From assembly GCA_044222185.1 (NCBI GenBank), contig JBGANV010000002.1, forward strand, positions 868,711 to 932,710: a DNA stretch of 64,000 bases. The letters run 5' to 3'. This document shows, in pieces, positions 20,257 through 29,604 of this stretch (within the stretch, counting starts at the first letter, position 1; each line of letters starts with the position of its first letter). Source of the stretch: Planctomycetota bacterium (lineage in GTDB: Bacteria > Planctomycetota > GCA-002687715 > CAIWVZ01). Both the position numbers and the translations under genes were made by a program. The notes under the pieces were generated by a model. That model did not search any database. It saw only the letters and a list, made by a program, of their open reading frames with translations, and had not been told where the DNA came from.

Positions 20257-23200
20257 TCAGAAATCGGTCGTGTCCGCAGGTGGATCGATCATCGCACTCA
20301 GCGAGATCTGGCGTGCAAAGGCCGGTGTCGCCGATTGGGTTGGAATTGCGATGCGGATGATGGCCTTGGCGCCACCGCCTCCGTTGTTCGAGCCGACCGT
20401 CCCGCCCACGCCGCCCGTCCCGCCGATGCCAGTGATCACTGCTGTATCCCCGATGCGGATACCCTGCAGCGCCGCCAGGCCGATGCCACCTCCGCCGCCG
20501 CCACCACCACCGCCGCCGGAGTAGGTCGTGATGACGTTCACACCACCGGACCCGCCGTCGCCACCGTTGGTGTTGATCGTTCCGTTGATCGTCAGGATCC
20601 CGTCGCAGGCGAGGAACAACCCGCCGCCTCCGTGTCCGCCGCGCCCGTTCTGACCGAGATCGGCGAAGACGGACGATGCGGTGACGGGCGTCGTGCTGCC
20701 GATGCCGCCGGCCCCGCCGCCCGCGCCGCCGGGCGGCAGGCCGAATTGAAGTCCCGTCGATCCCGTCAATTGCGGGAACGGCAGGTAGAGGGTCGGGAAG
20801 GAGTAGGCGTTCCCACCCAATCCGCCGGCAGCCACGTACGGCGATGGCGCGTCCTGTCCGGCCACGCCTGCGGTGCTCATGGCTCCGCCACCGCCGCCGG
20901 CCGCGATCCACGCGTGACCGCCGCCGCCGCCGAAGGCCTGAGCGAAGGGGACTCCCAGGAACGGGTTGTTCGGCGCCGTTCCGCTCGCACCCGCGCTCGA
21001 GGATTGGAGCGAGAGATTCGCGAGACTCACCGCGTCGCCGCCGATGCCAGCTCCCGCTGGGACCTGGTCGGTCGCGATCAGGGATTCACCGCTGAGGTCG
21101 ATGGTGCCATCGAGCGTCAGGTTGCCGCGGCAGCGGATGATCAACGGGGCGGCGCCGTGTGCGTTCACGAGGAAGCCGGCCGGGATCGTCGTGTCGAGGT
21201 CGAACGTGAAGATGACGGGCCCCGATCCGCTGACGACCGTGTCGAGCGAAATGCTGCTGCCGGTGAGCGCGAACGGATGGGGCGCCTGTCCCGCAAGTCC
21301 GGGGACGAGTGTGAAATCGTTGCCCGTGACGTTGTCGCGCAGCTCACCTCCCGGTTGGATCACCGGCGTCGAGCTTGGTTGTCCGTCGACGTTCGCGGCG
21401 ATGACGTCCAGACCGAACGGCAGGAGCAGCCCTGAGTTGGTGACGTCCGGCGTCGTGAAGCGCAACGTGTGCTCGTCGATCATCGCGCTGAACGTGAGCG
21501 CCGCGGCGAGGTTCAGTGCGCTGTACGCAGCGATCGTCGTCGTGGTCGGGGTCGCCGTTCCGAAGGAGGTTGCCTGCGTGAAGAAGTTGTTGCCCTTCAC
21601 GTCGATCGTCTGACCGCCGGCGACTCGTCCGACGTTGTTGGGCTCGATGGAGAGAACCGTTGGAGCCGGGCCGCGGTACACGACGTGATTGCTAGGCTCA
21701 TTCGCCGGAATGGAGGCGTAGTCCCGGTGGACGGTGGAAAACTGAGACGGCAGCGTGATCCGGACGAATTTCGTGCCCGTGTTCGTCAGGCCGGGCCCGC
21801 TGGATCCGCTGGCCCCCGTCGGATTCAGCCCCGGTGGATACCCGGGGAAGGTCACGGCAATGCTGAACTGACCAGGAGCCGTGATCGATACCGGCTGCGC
21901 GACCAGCGCCGCATCCGCGTCCGTCCCGAGGATGTTGGAGCCGACGCGCACCTGCGCTGCGCCGATGGCGGGATCGAGAAGTGAGTAGCCACCGATCACC
22001 GGGCACGTGCCGACGATCGTACCGGCGGAGCCCGCAGCCCCCTCGTCGATCGAGCCCGGCGTGACGGACGTCACGGTCACCCCGCCAGCGACGAAGTTGT
22101 AGTAGACGTAGTCCGTCGTCGGCGCGGAGAGTGCCGACTGGCGTGGGGACGAGGAAACGTGATCGCGATTCCGCACGGTCACGGCCGCAACTCCCTCCGC
22201 CCCGGCGGGGACGACGGCGTCGATCTGCGTTCCCGAGATGACCGTGACGGAGGGCGACAAGGCATCACTTCCGCCGAACGAGGTGAAGATCACCGTCGCA
22301 CAGTCCAGGAAGTTGGTGCCCGCGATGTGCACGGTGTTCCCGCCGGTGACGGGCCCGCCCTTGGGCGAGATCGCCGTGATCGTGGGAAGCACCGCGGACT
22401 GGAACGCGAGGAACGTGGAGGAGCTCTCGGGCGAACTGATCGTCGATGAGGTGGCGTTCGCAGGGTGGTTGGGGAAGAGCCCGGAGGACGTGTAGTCGAC
22501 GGTGACCAGGATCTCGCCCGTCGGCGAGTTGATACCGCTCGTTCCCCCCCCGATGGTCGACGGTGCGGTGCAGCGAAGCACCGCGCCGCTCGCGGCCGTG
22601 ACGACGGTGACGTTGGTTGCGAACGACGAGAGTGCGCCCCCGCACGCTCCCGTCGTCGAGAATCGGATCGAGGGGAGGAACGGGGCGCGTGCGAGCACGG
22701 GCCCGCGGATCTCGATCGTCGGCGTCGTTCCTTCGGTGAAGGTGTGTGGCGTCACGAGGGTCACGGGTCCCAGGGCCGCCGGTTCGTCGAATCGCAGGTC
22801 GACGTGGGGCGACGCGAGAAAGGTGGCGCCGCTCGTCGGATTTTGGAGACCGATGGCCTGGAGCTGGAAGATTGCCGGCAGACCAGCGAGGGCTCCGACG
22901 GGGACGCTCACGAAGAGGCGGACGTTCCCCGTGAGGTCGGTGCGCAGTCCCGGAGCCGCGGGGTTGCCGCCGTTGAGTCCGAGTCCGTCCCAACCCGGAA
23001 CGGGAATCCAGTGAGCCGGATCGATCTCGAGAGCGCCCGAAAGCAACGGGTGCGTGAACGAGTAGGTCGTGCATGGCACCGCCCCGCAGCCGCCGATCAG
23101 GATCGTGATCGGCAGAAGCGGCGCGAACCCGGCGACGTCGATCTGGAGAACCTCACCCGGTATGAATGACGCGCTCGGGGCGACCGCACTGGGATCGACG

Positions 23201-23283
23201 ACCGAGCGCACGGTGAGGGTCTGGCCGTCGGCGACCACGACGAGGGCAGCGACGAACACGGCGATCCGGGCGTGACTGATCAA
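20257..23283 (-). CDS. Secreted IPT/TIG domain protein with Gly-rich C-terminus
   Basis: TTG start after GGAGAGG, signal peptide; ISPKGGPVTGGNTVHIAGTNF IPT motif; architecture similar to the downstream gene. Confidence 0.8.
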   Translation of the reverse strand: MISHARIAVFVAALVVVADGQTLTVRSVVDPSAVAPSASFIPGEVLQIDVAGFAPLLPITILIGGCGAVPCTTYSFTHPLLSGALEIDPAHWIPVPGWDGLGLNGGNPAAPGLRTDLTGNVRLFVSVPVGALAGLPAIFQLQAIGLQNPTSGATFLASPHVDLRFDEPAALGPVTLVTPHTFTEGTTPTIEIRGPVLARAPFLPSIRFSTTGACGGALSSFATNVTVVTAASGAVLRCTAPSTIGGGTSGINSPTGEILVTVDYTSSGLFPNHPANATSSTISSPESSSTFLAFQSAVLPTITAISPKGGPVTGGNTVHIAGTNFLDCATVIFTSFGGSDALSPSVTVISGTQIDAVVPAGAEGVAAVTVRNRDHVSSSPRQSALSAPTTDYVYYNFVAGGVTVTSVTPGSIDEGAAGSAGTIVGTCPVIGGYSLLDPAIGAAQVRVGSNILGTDADAALVAQPVSITAPGQFSIAVTFPGYPPGLNPTGASGSSGPGLTNTGTKFVRITLPSQFSTVHRDYASIPANEPSNHVVYRGPAPTVLSIEPNNVGRVAGGQTIDVKGNNFFTQATSFGTATPTTTTIAAYSALNLAAALTFSAMIDEHTLRFTTPDVTNSGLLLPFGLDVIAANVDGQPSSTPVIQPGGELRDNVTGNDFTLVPGLAGQAPHPFALTGSSISLDTVVSGSGPVIFTFDLDTTIPAGFLVNAHGAAPLIIRCRGNLTLDGTIDLSGESLIATDQVPAGAGIGGDAVSLANLSLQSSSAGASGTAPNNPFLGVPFAQAFGGGGGHAWIAAGGGGGAMSTAGVAGQDAPSPYVAAGGLGGNAYSFPTLYLPFPQLTGSTGLQFGLPPGGAGGGAGGIGSTTPVTASSVFADLGQNGRGGHGGGGLFLACDGILTINGTINTNGGDGGSGGVNVITTYSGGGGGGGGGGGIGLAALQGIRIGDTAVITGIGGTGGVGGTVGSNNGGGGAKAIIRIAIPTQSATPAFARQISLSAMIDPPADTTDF

Positions 23284-23614
23284 GCGCCTCTCCCAAGCAA
23301 TCCCGAACGTGGCTTCGGCACGACACCCCCGCCATTGGACGACCGACTCGACCAGCCTTCCCTCGCGGTCGGACGGACCCGACGAGGTCGTCGTGCGGCG
23401 CGCGGGGACGCGACGAGGACTCCAAGCGTTTGCGGCGTCGTATACTATGGCCCTCCTGCGAGCACGGTCAATCGCACAGTGACTGGGTTTGGAGCGTGGG
23501 TGACAGCCCGCGCCCCGGCCGCTTTTGGTGAGATCGTTCCGTGTTATCCAGGGCGCCGCACGCGTGCGTCGACCGGTTCGCTCGGATCTCACACCCGGAA
23601 AACTGGCCCACCGT

Positions 23615-25354
23615 ATGCCCGAGCTCCAAGTCCTGACTGGACCGCTCCAGTGGAAAACCGTCCGATTGGAGGGGTCGCGATTCCTCATCGGGCGGAAGGA
23701 CGGTTGCCATCTCGTGCTCAAGGATGGGTGGGTGTCCCGTGAGCACACGGTCATCATCGAGCCGCAGCCGGGCGAATTCCACGTCCAGGACCTGGACAGC
23801 GAGAACGGCACCTACCTGAATGCGGAGCGGATCCGCGAGCGGGTGATGAAACACGGGGACATTCTCCGCGTCGGCCGTACGGAGATGCGATTCGTTCTGC
23901 GGGCGACTGCAGGCGATCCGGCGTTTCCGCCCCAGGCGAACGTACCGCCACCGCCACCCGCCGCGTCGCCTGCGCCAGGACCGGCGGACGCTCCCAAGCC
24001 TGCACGCGTGTTCGACATGACGCAGACCGTCATCGACAGTCGCATCACCAACGGCCCGCCATCCGACACGCCGCGGATCGATCTTCGCGAGCGCGTTCGG
24101 CGCCTGGAGAGCCGGCTCCATCAGCTGGAGGAGGACAACGCCGCGTTCGCGGCCGAGAACGCCGTGCTCAAGCGCAACTTCGCCCGGATGGGGTTGCTCG
24201 ATCGCACGACCGGTCAGGTGGACGTGTCCCGTTTGACTCCTCAGAGCCGGCCGGTCGTTCCGGAATCGCTCGTGCCGTTCATCTCGAATCCGTCGGCGCA
24301 CATCGCGTTTCCCACGCCTGACGGCGGCGCGGTCGAGCCTGAGACCGTGCGACCCTCGGGGTGCCCGCCGGGGGTCTTGAAGGTGGGCATTTTGGGGATC
24401 GACGGCGCCGGGCAACGTCTGGCCGAGGCTTTTGCACGTCTGGGCTACCTCCGCAACGTCGTTGTGGTTTGCGAACGCGACTCCATGCGCGGCGGCATGA
24501 TCGAGCCTGAGTGGAGGTTGTTCGTCGACGTGCCGGAGCGGGCGCGTGGACCGGCCGATCACCCGCTGAACGCAGTTCTTCCGCGGATCGAGGAAGTCTG
24601 TGCTTCGGCGTTTGCTGGCGCTTGTGACCTCGTGTTCATTTGTTGCGATCTGGCCAGCCCGCTTGCCGCGGACGCCGTATCCATGCTCGCGGGTGTGATC
24701 CGCGGCCACGGGGTCAGGGTTGGCGCGCTGGTCCTGATCGATGACACGGAAGCGGGGCGTGAGCCGCAGAAGGCGGGGCGCGCCGCGGCGACGTGGTCGG
24801 CGCTTCGGGCGGCGAGCGATGCGGGGACGGTTGGCCCGGTAATTGCCGCGGAACGGAGTCGGTTTGGAGCTTCGGCTTCGGGGCCGGGCCGGTCGATGGA
24901 TGATTCGGTGGCGGGCGTCTGCGACGCACTTCTGCGACTACCGGCGATGCCGGGACTGGTGGCGGACTGGGAGCCCTCGCACGCCCGTGAGTGTCTTCTC
25001 GAGCAAGGGTTTGCGACCATGGGACGCGCGGCGTCAAAAGACGCGGGTGAGGATGCGCTCGAGCGTTGCGCTCGGCACGCGATCACCAAGGGTGCCATGT
25101 GCGGGCTGATGCCAGCCTCGCGCGCCCGGTCGGCCTTCGTTTTCGGGATGGTCGGAAGCGAGATCCTGGCCAAGGAGCCTGCTGCGGCAGGCCGGCTGGA
25201 ATCTGCCTTGGAGCGAGTGTCCGGGGATTTGCCCCAGGCGCGACGCCTCCGCGGCGTTTATCAGGACGCAGGACGATGGGTTCGCACGGTGGCGTTTCTG
25301 GGCGGGCAGCCCTTCCCCGAAACGCCTTGGCTCGAGCGTGAGAAGAGGCGCTGA
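23615..25354 (+). CDS. FHA domain + coiled coil + degenerate FtsZ/tubulin-like domain
   Basis: FHA: IGR...VSREH...DLDSENGTYLN...LRVG; C-terminal KVGILGIDGAGQRLAEAF, DLVFICC, GFATMG, RGVYQD...RTVAFLGG follows FtsZ/CetZ secondary-structure order. Confidence 0.7.
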   Translation: MPELQVLTGPLQWKTVRLEGSRFLIGRKDGCHLVLKDGWVSREHTVIIEPQPGEFHVQDLDSENGTYLNAERIRERVMKHGDILRVGRTEMRFVLRATAGDPAFPPQANVPPPPPAASPAPGPADAPKPARVFDMTQTVIDSRITNGPPSDTPRIDLRERVRRLESRLHQLEEDNAAFAAENAVLKRNFARMGLLDRTTGQVDVSRLTPQSRPVVPESLVPFISNPSAHIAFPTPDGGAVEPETVRPSGCPPGVLKVGILGIDGAGQRLAEAFARLGYLRNVVVVCERDSMRGGMIEPEWRLFVDVPERARGPADHPLNAVLPRIEEVCASAFAGACDLVFICCDLASPLAADAVSMLAGVIRGHGVRVGALVLIDDTEAGREPQKAGRAAATWSALRAASDAGTVGPVIAAERSRFGASASGPGRSMDDSVAGVCDALLRLPAMPGLVADWEPSHARECLLEQGFATMGRAASKDAGEDALERCARHAITKGAMCGLMPASRARSAFVFGMVGSEILAKEPAAAGRLESALERVSGDLPQARRLRGVYQDAGRWVRTVAFLGGQPFPETPWLEREKRR

Positions 25355-25414
25355 CGGGGCGCCGCGTGCGAACGCCGAACATGAGGGGCCACATGGGACT
25401 CGCTGGATCACGAC

Positions 25415-26950
25415 ATGGACATCTTGGATCGCGCGGGGGGAGCCCTCCTCGGGATGGCAATCGGCGAGGCGCTCGGCGCACCGCTCGAGGGCCTGACGCA
25501 TGAGCAGGTGCTGAAACGACTGGGGCGGCTGGAGGGATTCGTCGATCCGCGGCGGACGCAGCCTCCTTATCGTTCGGGGTATTTCCAACTCGGCGTGTAC
25601 GAGGACGAGACGCAGATCGCGCTCGCCGCGGCGGAAGTCGCCATCAAGAACAACGGGTTCTCACCGGACCTGTTTCGCGACCGCCTGGATGAGCTCGGAC
25701 AGCCCGTCGACGGCAACGCGTTCGGTTGTTTCCGGCGCGCACGGCGGAACTTCCGCGTTGCCGTCAGGCGCATGCAGAAGGGCGCGACCTGGCAGACCTC
25801 GGGCGTGAACACAGCGGGCAGCGGGGCCGCGAGCCGAGGAATCCCCATCGGGGTCTACTACCACTCCGATCGCGTCCAGCGGACACGCAAGGCGATCGAG
25901 GCGGGCCTCGTCACGCACAAGGACCCGCGAGGAATCGCTGCATCGGTGGCCATGGCGCACGGTACGGCGGTCGCGATGGCTGCCGCGCCGCAGGGCTTCG
26001 ACATCGAGGGGTTCATCAGGACCCTCGTTGCAGAGTGCCGCGAGGCCGAAGACGTGATGGCGGCGGAGTACGGGCAGTATCTGCAGGTGGGTTTCGAGCC
26101 GTTCCTGCACCAGATCTCCGACGGTCTGAAGATGCTGACCGAGCTCGTGACCCTGGACCTCGAGCCCGCGTTCGCGAAGATCGTCGGGTTCGCTCACGGC
26201 AAGGGATCCCGACCGATCACGCAGGCGACGCGTGGCTTCTCTCTGACGGAGCTGCTCACGACGTTCTACTTCTTCCTCACGGGCCTCGATTCGTACGAGG
26301 AAACCGTGCTCGACGTCGTTGCGGAGGGTGGAAGCAGCGATTCGCTCGGTTGCCTCGTGGGCGGACTCCTCGGCGCCTTGCACGGTGCCCGGGGGATCCC
26401 CGATACGTGGCGCGCTCAGCTGAAGAACTCGGACCAGGTCGAGCTGCGCGGGCGAATCCTGGGGGGTGCGCCGCGCGAAGGGTTGAAGTCCCTCCTTCTC
26501 CTCGAGGCAGCACTCACGCAGCCGATTCCGAAGGTCCGGCCCAAGCAGAAGGGGGACGCACAACGCGGTGGTCCGCGTCGCGGCCCTCAACGCGGCGGTG
26601 GCCGAGGCGGGCCGCGAGGGCGGCCGATGCGCGGAGGCCCGCGCGGAGCCGGGGGAGGCCGCGGGGCCCCGAGGGGCGGACCGGGCGGAAGGCGTCCCAT
26701 GGGCGGCCGCGGCGGCGGTCCGGGCCGGGGGCCCGGGGGAGGCGGCATGCGCGGCGGCCCGGGCGGCAGGCCTGGCGGTCGGCCCGGGTATGGTGGCGGA
26801 CCTCGTCCGCCCGGGCGTTCCGGTTACGGTGGCGGCCCCGGGCCGACCCGTCCGCCGTCGGGGGACTGGCCGCCGGCACCCGGGGGCGGTCCCGGCGCGT
26901 CGCCGGATCGGCCCCGGCCGCGTCGGAGTTCCCCTGAGGCACCGGAATGA
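25415..26950 (+). CDS. ADP-ribosylglycohydrolase (DraG/ARH) family protein with long RGG/Gly-Arg-Pro tail
   Basis: GALLGMAIGEALGAP, VTH.DPR, GGSSDS.G..VGGLLGA.HG..GIP..W; tail of RGG/GGPR repeats from ~26560. Confidence 0.82.
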   Translation: MDILDRAGGALLGMAIGEALGAPLEGLTHEQVLKRLGRLEGFVDPRRTQPPYRSGYFQLGVYEDETQIALAAAEVAIKNNGFSPDLFRDRLDELGQPVDGNAFGCFRRARRNFRVAVRRMQKGATWQTSGVNTAGSGAASRGIPIGVYYHSDRVQRTRKAIEAGLVTHKDPRGIAASVAMAHGTAVAMAAAPQGFDIEGFIRTLVAECREAEDVMAAEYGQYLQVGFEPFLHQISDGLKMLTELVTLDLEPAFAKIVGFAHGKGSRPITQATRGFSLTELLTTFYFFLTGLDSYEETVLDVVAEGGSSDSLGCLVGGLLGALHGARGIPDTWRAQLKNSDQVELRGRILGGAPREGLKSLLLLEAALTQPIPKVRPKQKGDAQRGGPRRGPQRGGGRGGPRGRPMRGGPRGAGGGRGAPRGGPGGRRPMGGRGGGPGRGPGGGGMRGGPGGRPGGRPGYGGGPRPPGRSGYGGGPGPTRPPSGDWPPAPGGGPGASPDRPRPRRSSPEAPE

Positions 26951-27960
26951 ACGAGTTCCTGGAGTTCGACCACCAGAGCGACAAGGGCATGGTCCGGTCA
27001 GAGAACCAGGACCGTGCCGGCGTCTGGGTGCCGCCCGCGTTGGACGAGGCGCGAAGGAAGGGCACGCTCTTCGTCGTCTGCGACGGCATGGGTGGTCATA
27101 ACGGCGGAAGCGTCGCGAGCGCGACGACCGTCGACGCATTGCTCGCGAGCTATCGCGAGGGGGACCAGCCAGGTGTGCGCAGCCGCCTCGCGGCTTCGAT
27201 CGACCGTGCGAACGCGGCCGTGCGCGTGAAGGCCGGCGCCGACATCACGCTGCGGAACATGGGAACGACCTGCGTTGCGGTCGCCATCCGAGGGCGTCGC
27301 GCCCAGATCGCACACATCGGGGACAGTCGCGCGTACCTGATACGCGATGGCCGTGCGGAGCAGCTGACGCGCGACCATACCTATCTCAATGATCTCATCG
27401 AGATCGGGTTGCTCACGCCCGAGAAGGCGCGCAATCACCCCGAACGCAACATCATCACGCGGTGCATCGGCATGAGCGATGCGCTGCAGGTCGACTTCTT
27501 GACGCGCGAGATCAAGGTCGGGGACGTCTTCCTGCTCTGCACGGACGGGCTCTACAACTACGTGGAGCCCGAGGAACTGGTGCAGGCGGTGTCGACGGCG
27601 AACGCCAAGGACGCCTGCACGGCGTTGGTGCGCTTTGCGAATCTCCGCGGCGGCGAGGACAACATCACCTGCTTGATCGTGAAGGTGACGAAGGTCGACG
27701 TGGACGCACCGCCCGAGGCGAACGAGGAGACGACGCCGATCTCGGCGCATCCAGTAGTCGCCGCGCCGACACCCGGTGCAGGCACGACGAGTCAGCGAGC
27801 CTCATTCACCCCCGGCACGGATCTCACGCTGATGCGTGAGGTAACTCCGGTGCAGGCGACGCCGCTCCGCAAGCGTTGGTTCCCGCGGGGATGGCTGCTC
27901 CTGATCGTTCTCGAGTCCGTGATTTTGCTCATTTTGGTCGTGGTCAAGTTCTTGTTGTAG
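26947..27960 (+). CDS. PP2C-type Ser/Thr phosphatase (Stp1/PrpC-like) with C-terminal membrane anchor
   Basis: G.VR.ENQD, VCDGMGG, MGTT, HIGDSRAY, LTRDH, LCTDGL, GGEDNIT all intact; hydrophobic C-terminal helix. Confidence 0.92.
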   Translation: MNEFLEFDHQSDKGMVRSENQDRAGVWVPPALDEARRKGTLFVVCDGMGGHNGGSVASATTVDALLASYREGDQPGVRSRLAASIDRANAAVRVKAGADITLRNMGTTCVAVAIRGRRAQIAHIGDSRAYLIRDGRAEQLTRDHTYLNDLIEIGLLTPEKARNHPERNIITRCIGMSDALQVDFLTREIKVGDVFLLCTDGLYNYVEPEELVQAVSTANAKDACTALVRFANLRGGEDNITCLIVKVTKVDVDAPPEANEETTPISAHPVVAAPTPGAGTTSQRASFTPGTDLTLMREVTPVQATPLRKRWFPRGWLLLIVLESVILLILVVVKFLL

Positions 27961-27973
27961 GACCCGTCGACGA

Positions 27974-29548
27974 ATGATCGGCAAGCGAGTTGGACCTTAC
28001 TTGATCGTCGAGGAGATCGGCGACGGCGGCCATGCGTTCGTCTTCAAGGGAATGAAGGACGAAGAGGCCGTTGCCGTCAAGATGCTCAAGCCCTCGGCCG
28101 CAACCGAAGACAACATCGAGAAGCGGTTCATGAACGAGGTGGAGGCGCTTAAGACGCTCGCGCATCCCAATATCGTCGGATTCAAGGACTACATCTATCA
28201 GCCGCCCTATCATTACCTGATTCTCGAGTACATGGACGCTGGCGCGGCCGATCACTTGCTGCGGACGATGGGGCCGCTGGATTCGCGCTATGCGGTCCCG
28301 ATCTTCCACCAGGTCCTGCAGGGGATCATTCACGCACACAGCTTCGGTTATCTGCACCGTGACGTGAAGCCGAACAACATCCTCCTGAACAAGAAGGGGC
28401 AGGCGAAGGTCTCGGATTTCGGCATCGCCAAGGTGTTGGGCGGGGGCGAGCAGCTCACGCGCAAGGGCTTCGTACTCGGCACGACGGCTTACATGGCGCC
28501 CGAGTATCTGACGATGGGGCGCGATACCGAGCAGTTGGACGTGTATGCGCTCGGCATCACGTTCTACGAGCTCGTGACGGCAAGGAAACCGTTTGAATTC
28601 GAACGCGAGGACGAGCCCGTCGCGTCGTTCGTGGCGCGCGTCGCCAAGGGCTCTCCCACGCCGCCCAGTTCCTTCCGTCCGATCCCCGCGGAGCTCGAAC
28701 GGATCATCCTGCGGGCGATCGAGGCCGACCCGAAGAAGCGATACAAGACTGCCGAGAAGCTCCGCGAGGATCTGGACGCGGCGTTCCCCGATCTCGTCGA
28801 GCGTCCGATCCTGATCCAGGCGGGACGCGCGCAAACCAATCTGCTGGCCATACCAGCGACGCCGTCGCAGGACCGCGCGAAGGCCGCGGCCGGGACTGGC
28901 GGACAGCGGAGCGCGTTCTCTGGTCGCGATGTGCCCTTGTTGCTCGCGGCGATCGGCGCAGGTCTGATCGCGTTCCTGTCCTTGCTCATGGCGGCGAAAC
29001 TCGACATGCCCGTATCGGCGGTGGCCGGCCTCGTGGTCATCATCGGCGGGTTCTTTGGGCTTCGTGCCGCGACGCGCGGATCGGGTGCGCGCGAACGTCG
29101 TCCCGCATCGACTGTGGCCCCACCGCCTCGTCCCGCGGTGGCTCAGCCGGAGCCGACGGCGATCTCCGATGTCGAATCGAGCGATCGTGTGCCGTTCGCG
29201 TCGGAATACCACCGCAACACGCCGGCAAAGATGACGGACATCTCCGAGTTGTCCGCGTTCCTTGTGGTGACCGTCGGCTCGGAGAAGGGCAAGCGATTCG
29301 GGCTGCGGCCTGTTTCCCGAATTGGACGTGATCTCCGCTTCGACATCCGGCCACACGACGCCGAGATCTCGCGGCAGCACGCCTGCATCACGTTCGACGG
29401 GGCGCAGTTCACCGTGAAGGATGTCGGTTCTGCGAACGGGACCTTCCTCAACGAGAAGCGGATCACGGGCGAAACGGTGATCAACGACGGCGACATCGTG
29501 CGGGTCGGCCGCACGAGCATGGTCTTCGAACACAAGACAGCGACGTGA
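27974..29548 (+). CDS. Ser/Thr protein kinase with two TM helices and C-terminal FHA domain
   Basis: IGDGG..VFK, VAVK, HRDVKPNN, DFGIAK, GT..YMAPE; FHA IGR...ISRQH...DVGSANGTFLN. Confidence 0.93.
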   Translation: MIGKRVGPYLIVEEIGDGGHAFVFKGMKDEEAVAVKMLKPSAATEDNIEKRFMNEVEALKTLAHPNIVGFKDYIYQPPYHYLILEYMDAGAADHLLRTMGPLDSRYAVPIFHQVLQGIIHAHSFGYLHRDVKPNNILLNKKGQAKVSDFGIAKVLGGGEQLTRKGFVLGTTAYMAPEYLTMGRDTEQLDVYALGITFYELVTARKPFEFEREDEPVASFVARVAKGSPTPPSSFRPIPAELERIILRAIEADPKKRYKTAEKLREDLDAAFPDLVERPILIQAGRAQTNLLAIPATPSQDRAKAAAGTGGQRSAFSGRDVPLLLAAIGAGLIAFLSLLMAAKLDMPVSAVAGLVVIIGGFFGLRAATRGSGARERRPASTVAPPPRPAVAQPEPTAISDVESSDRVPFASEYHRNTPAKMTDISELSAFLVVTVGSEKGKRFGLRPVSRIGRDLRFDIRPHDAEISRQHACITFDGAQFTVKDVGSANGTFLNEKRITGETVINDGDIVRVGRTSMVFEHKTAT

Positions 29549-29604
29549 CGTCGGGCCGGCCCCGGGTACAATCCCCGGCTGATGGAGCCATCCGGACGAT
29601 CGTC

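Noticed and set aside
16329-21435. Long + strand ORFs opposite the IPT/TIG genes
   Set aside because: Antisense shadows typical of high-GC coding DNA; no motifs
23615-25354. Calling this gene ftsZ
   Set aside because: The GGGTG(T/S)G signature is absent, it is fused to FHA, and no dcw genes are nearby
26560-26950. GC-rich low-complexity DNA as a non-coding tandem repeat
   Set aside because: It is in frame with the ARH gene, and its stop overlaps the PP2C start, so it is best read as a coding tail
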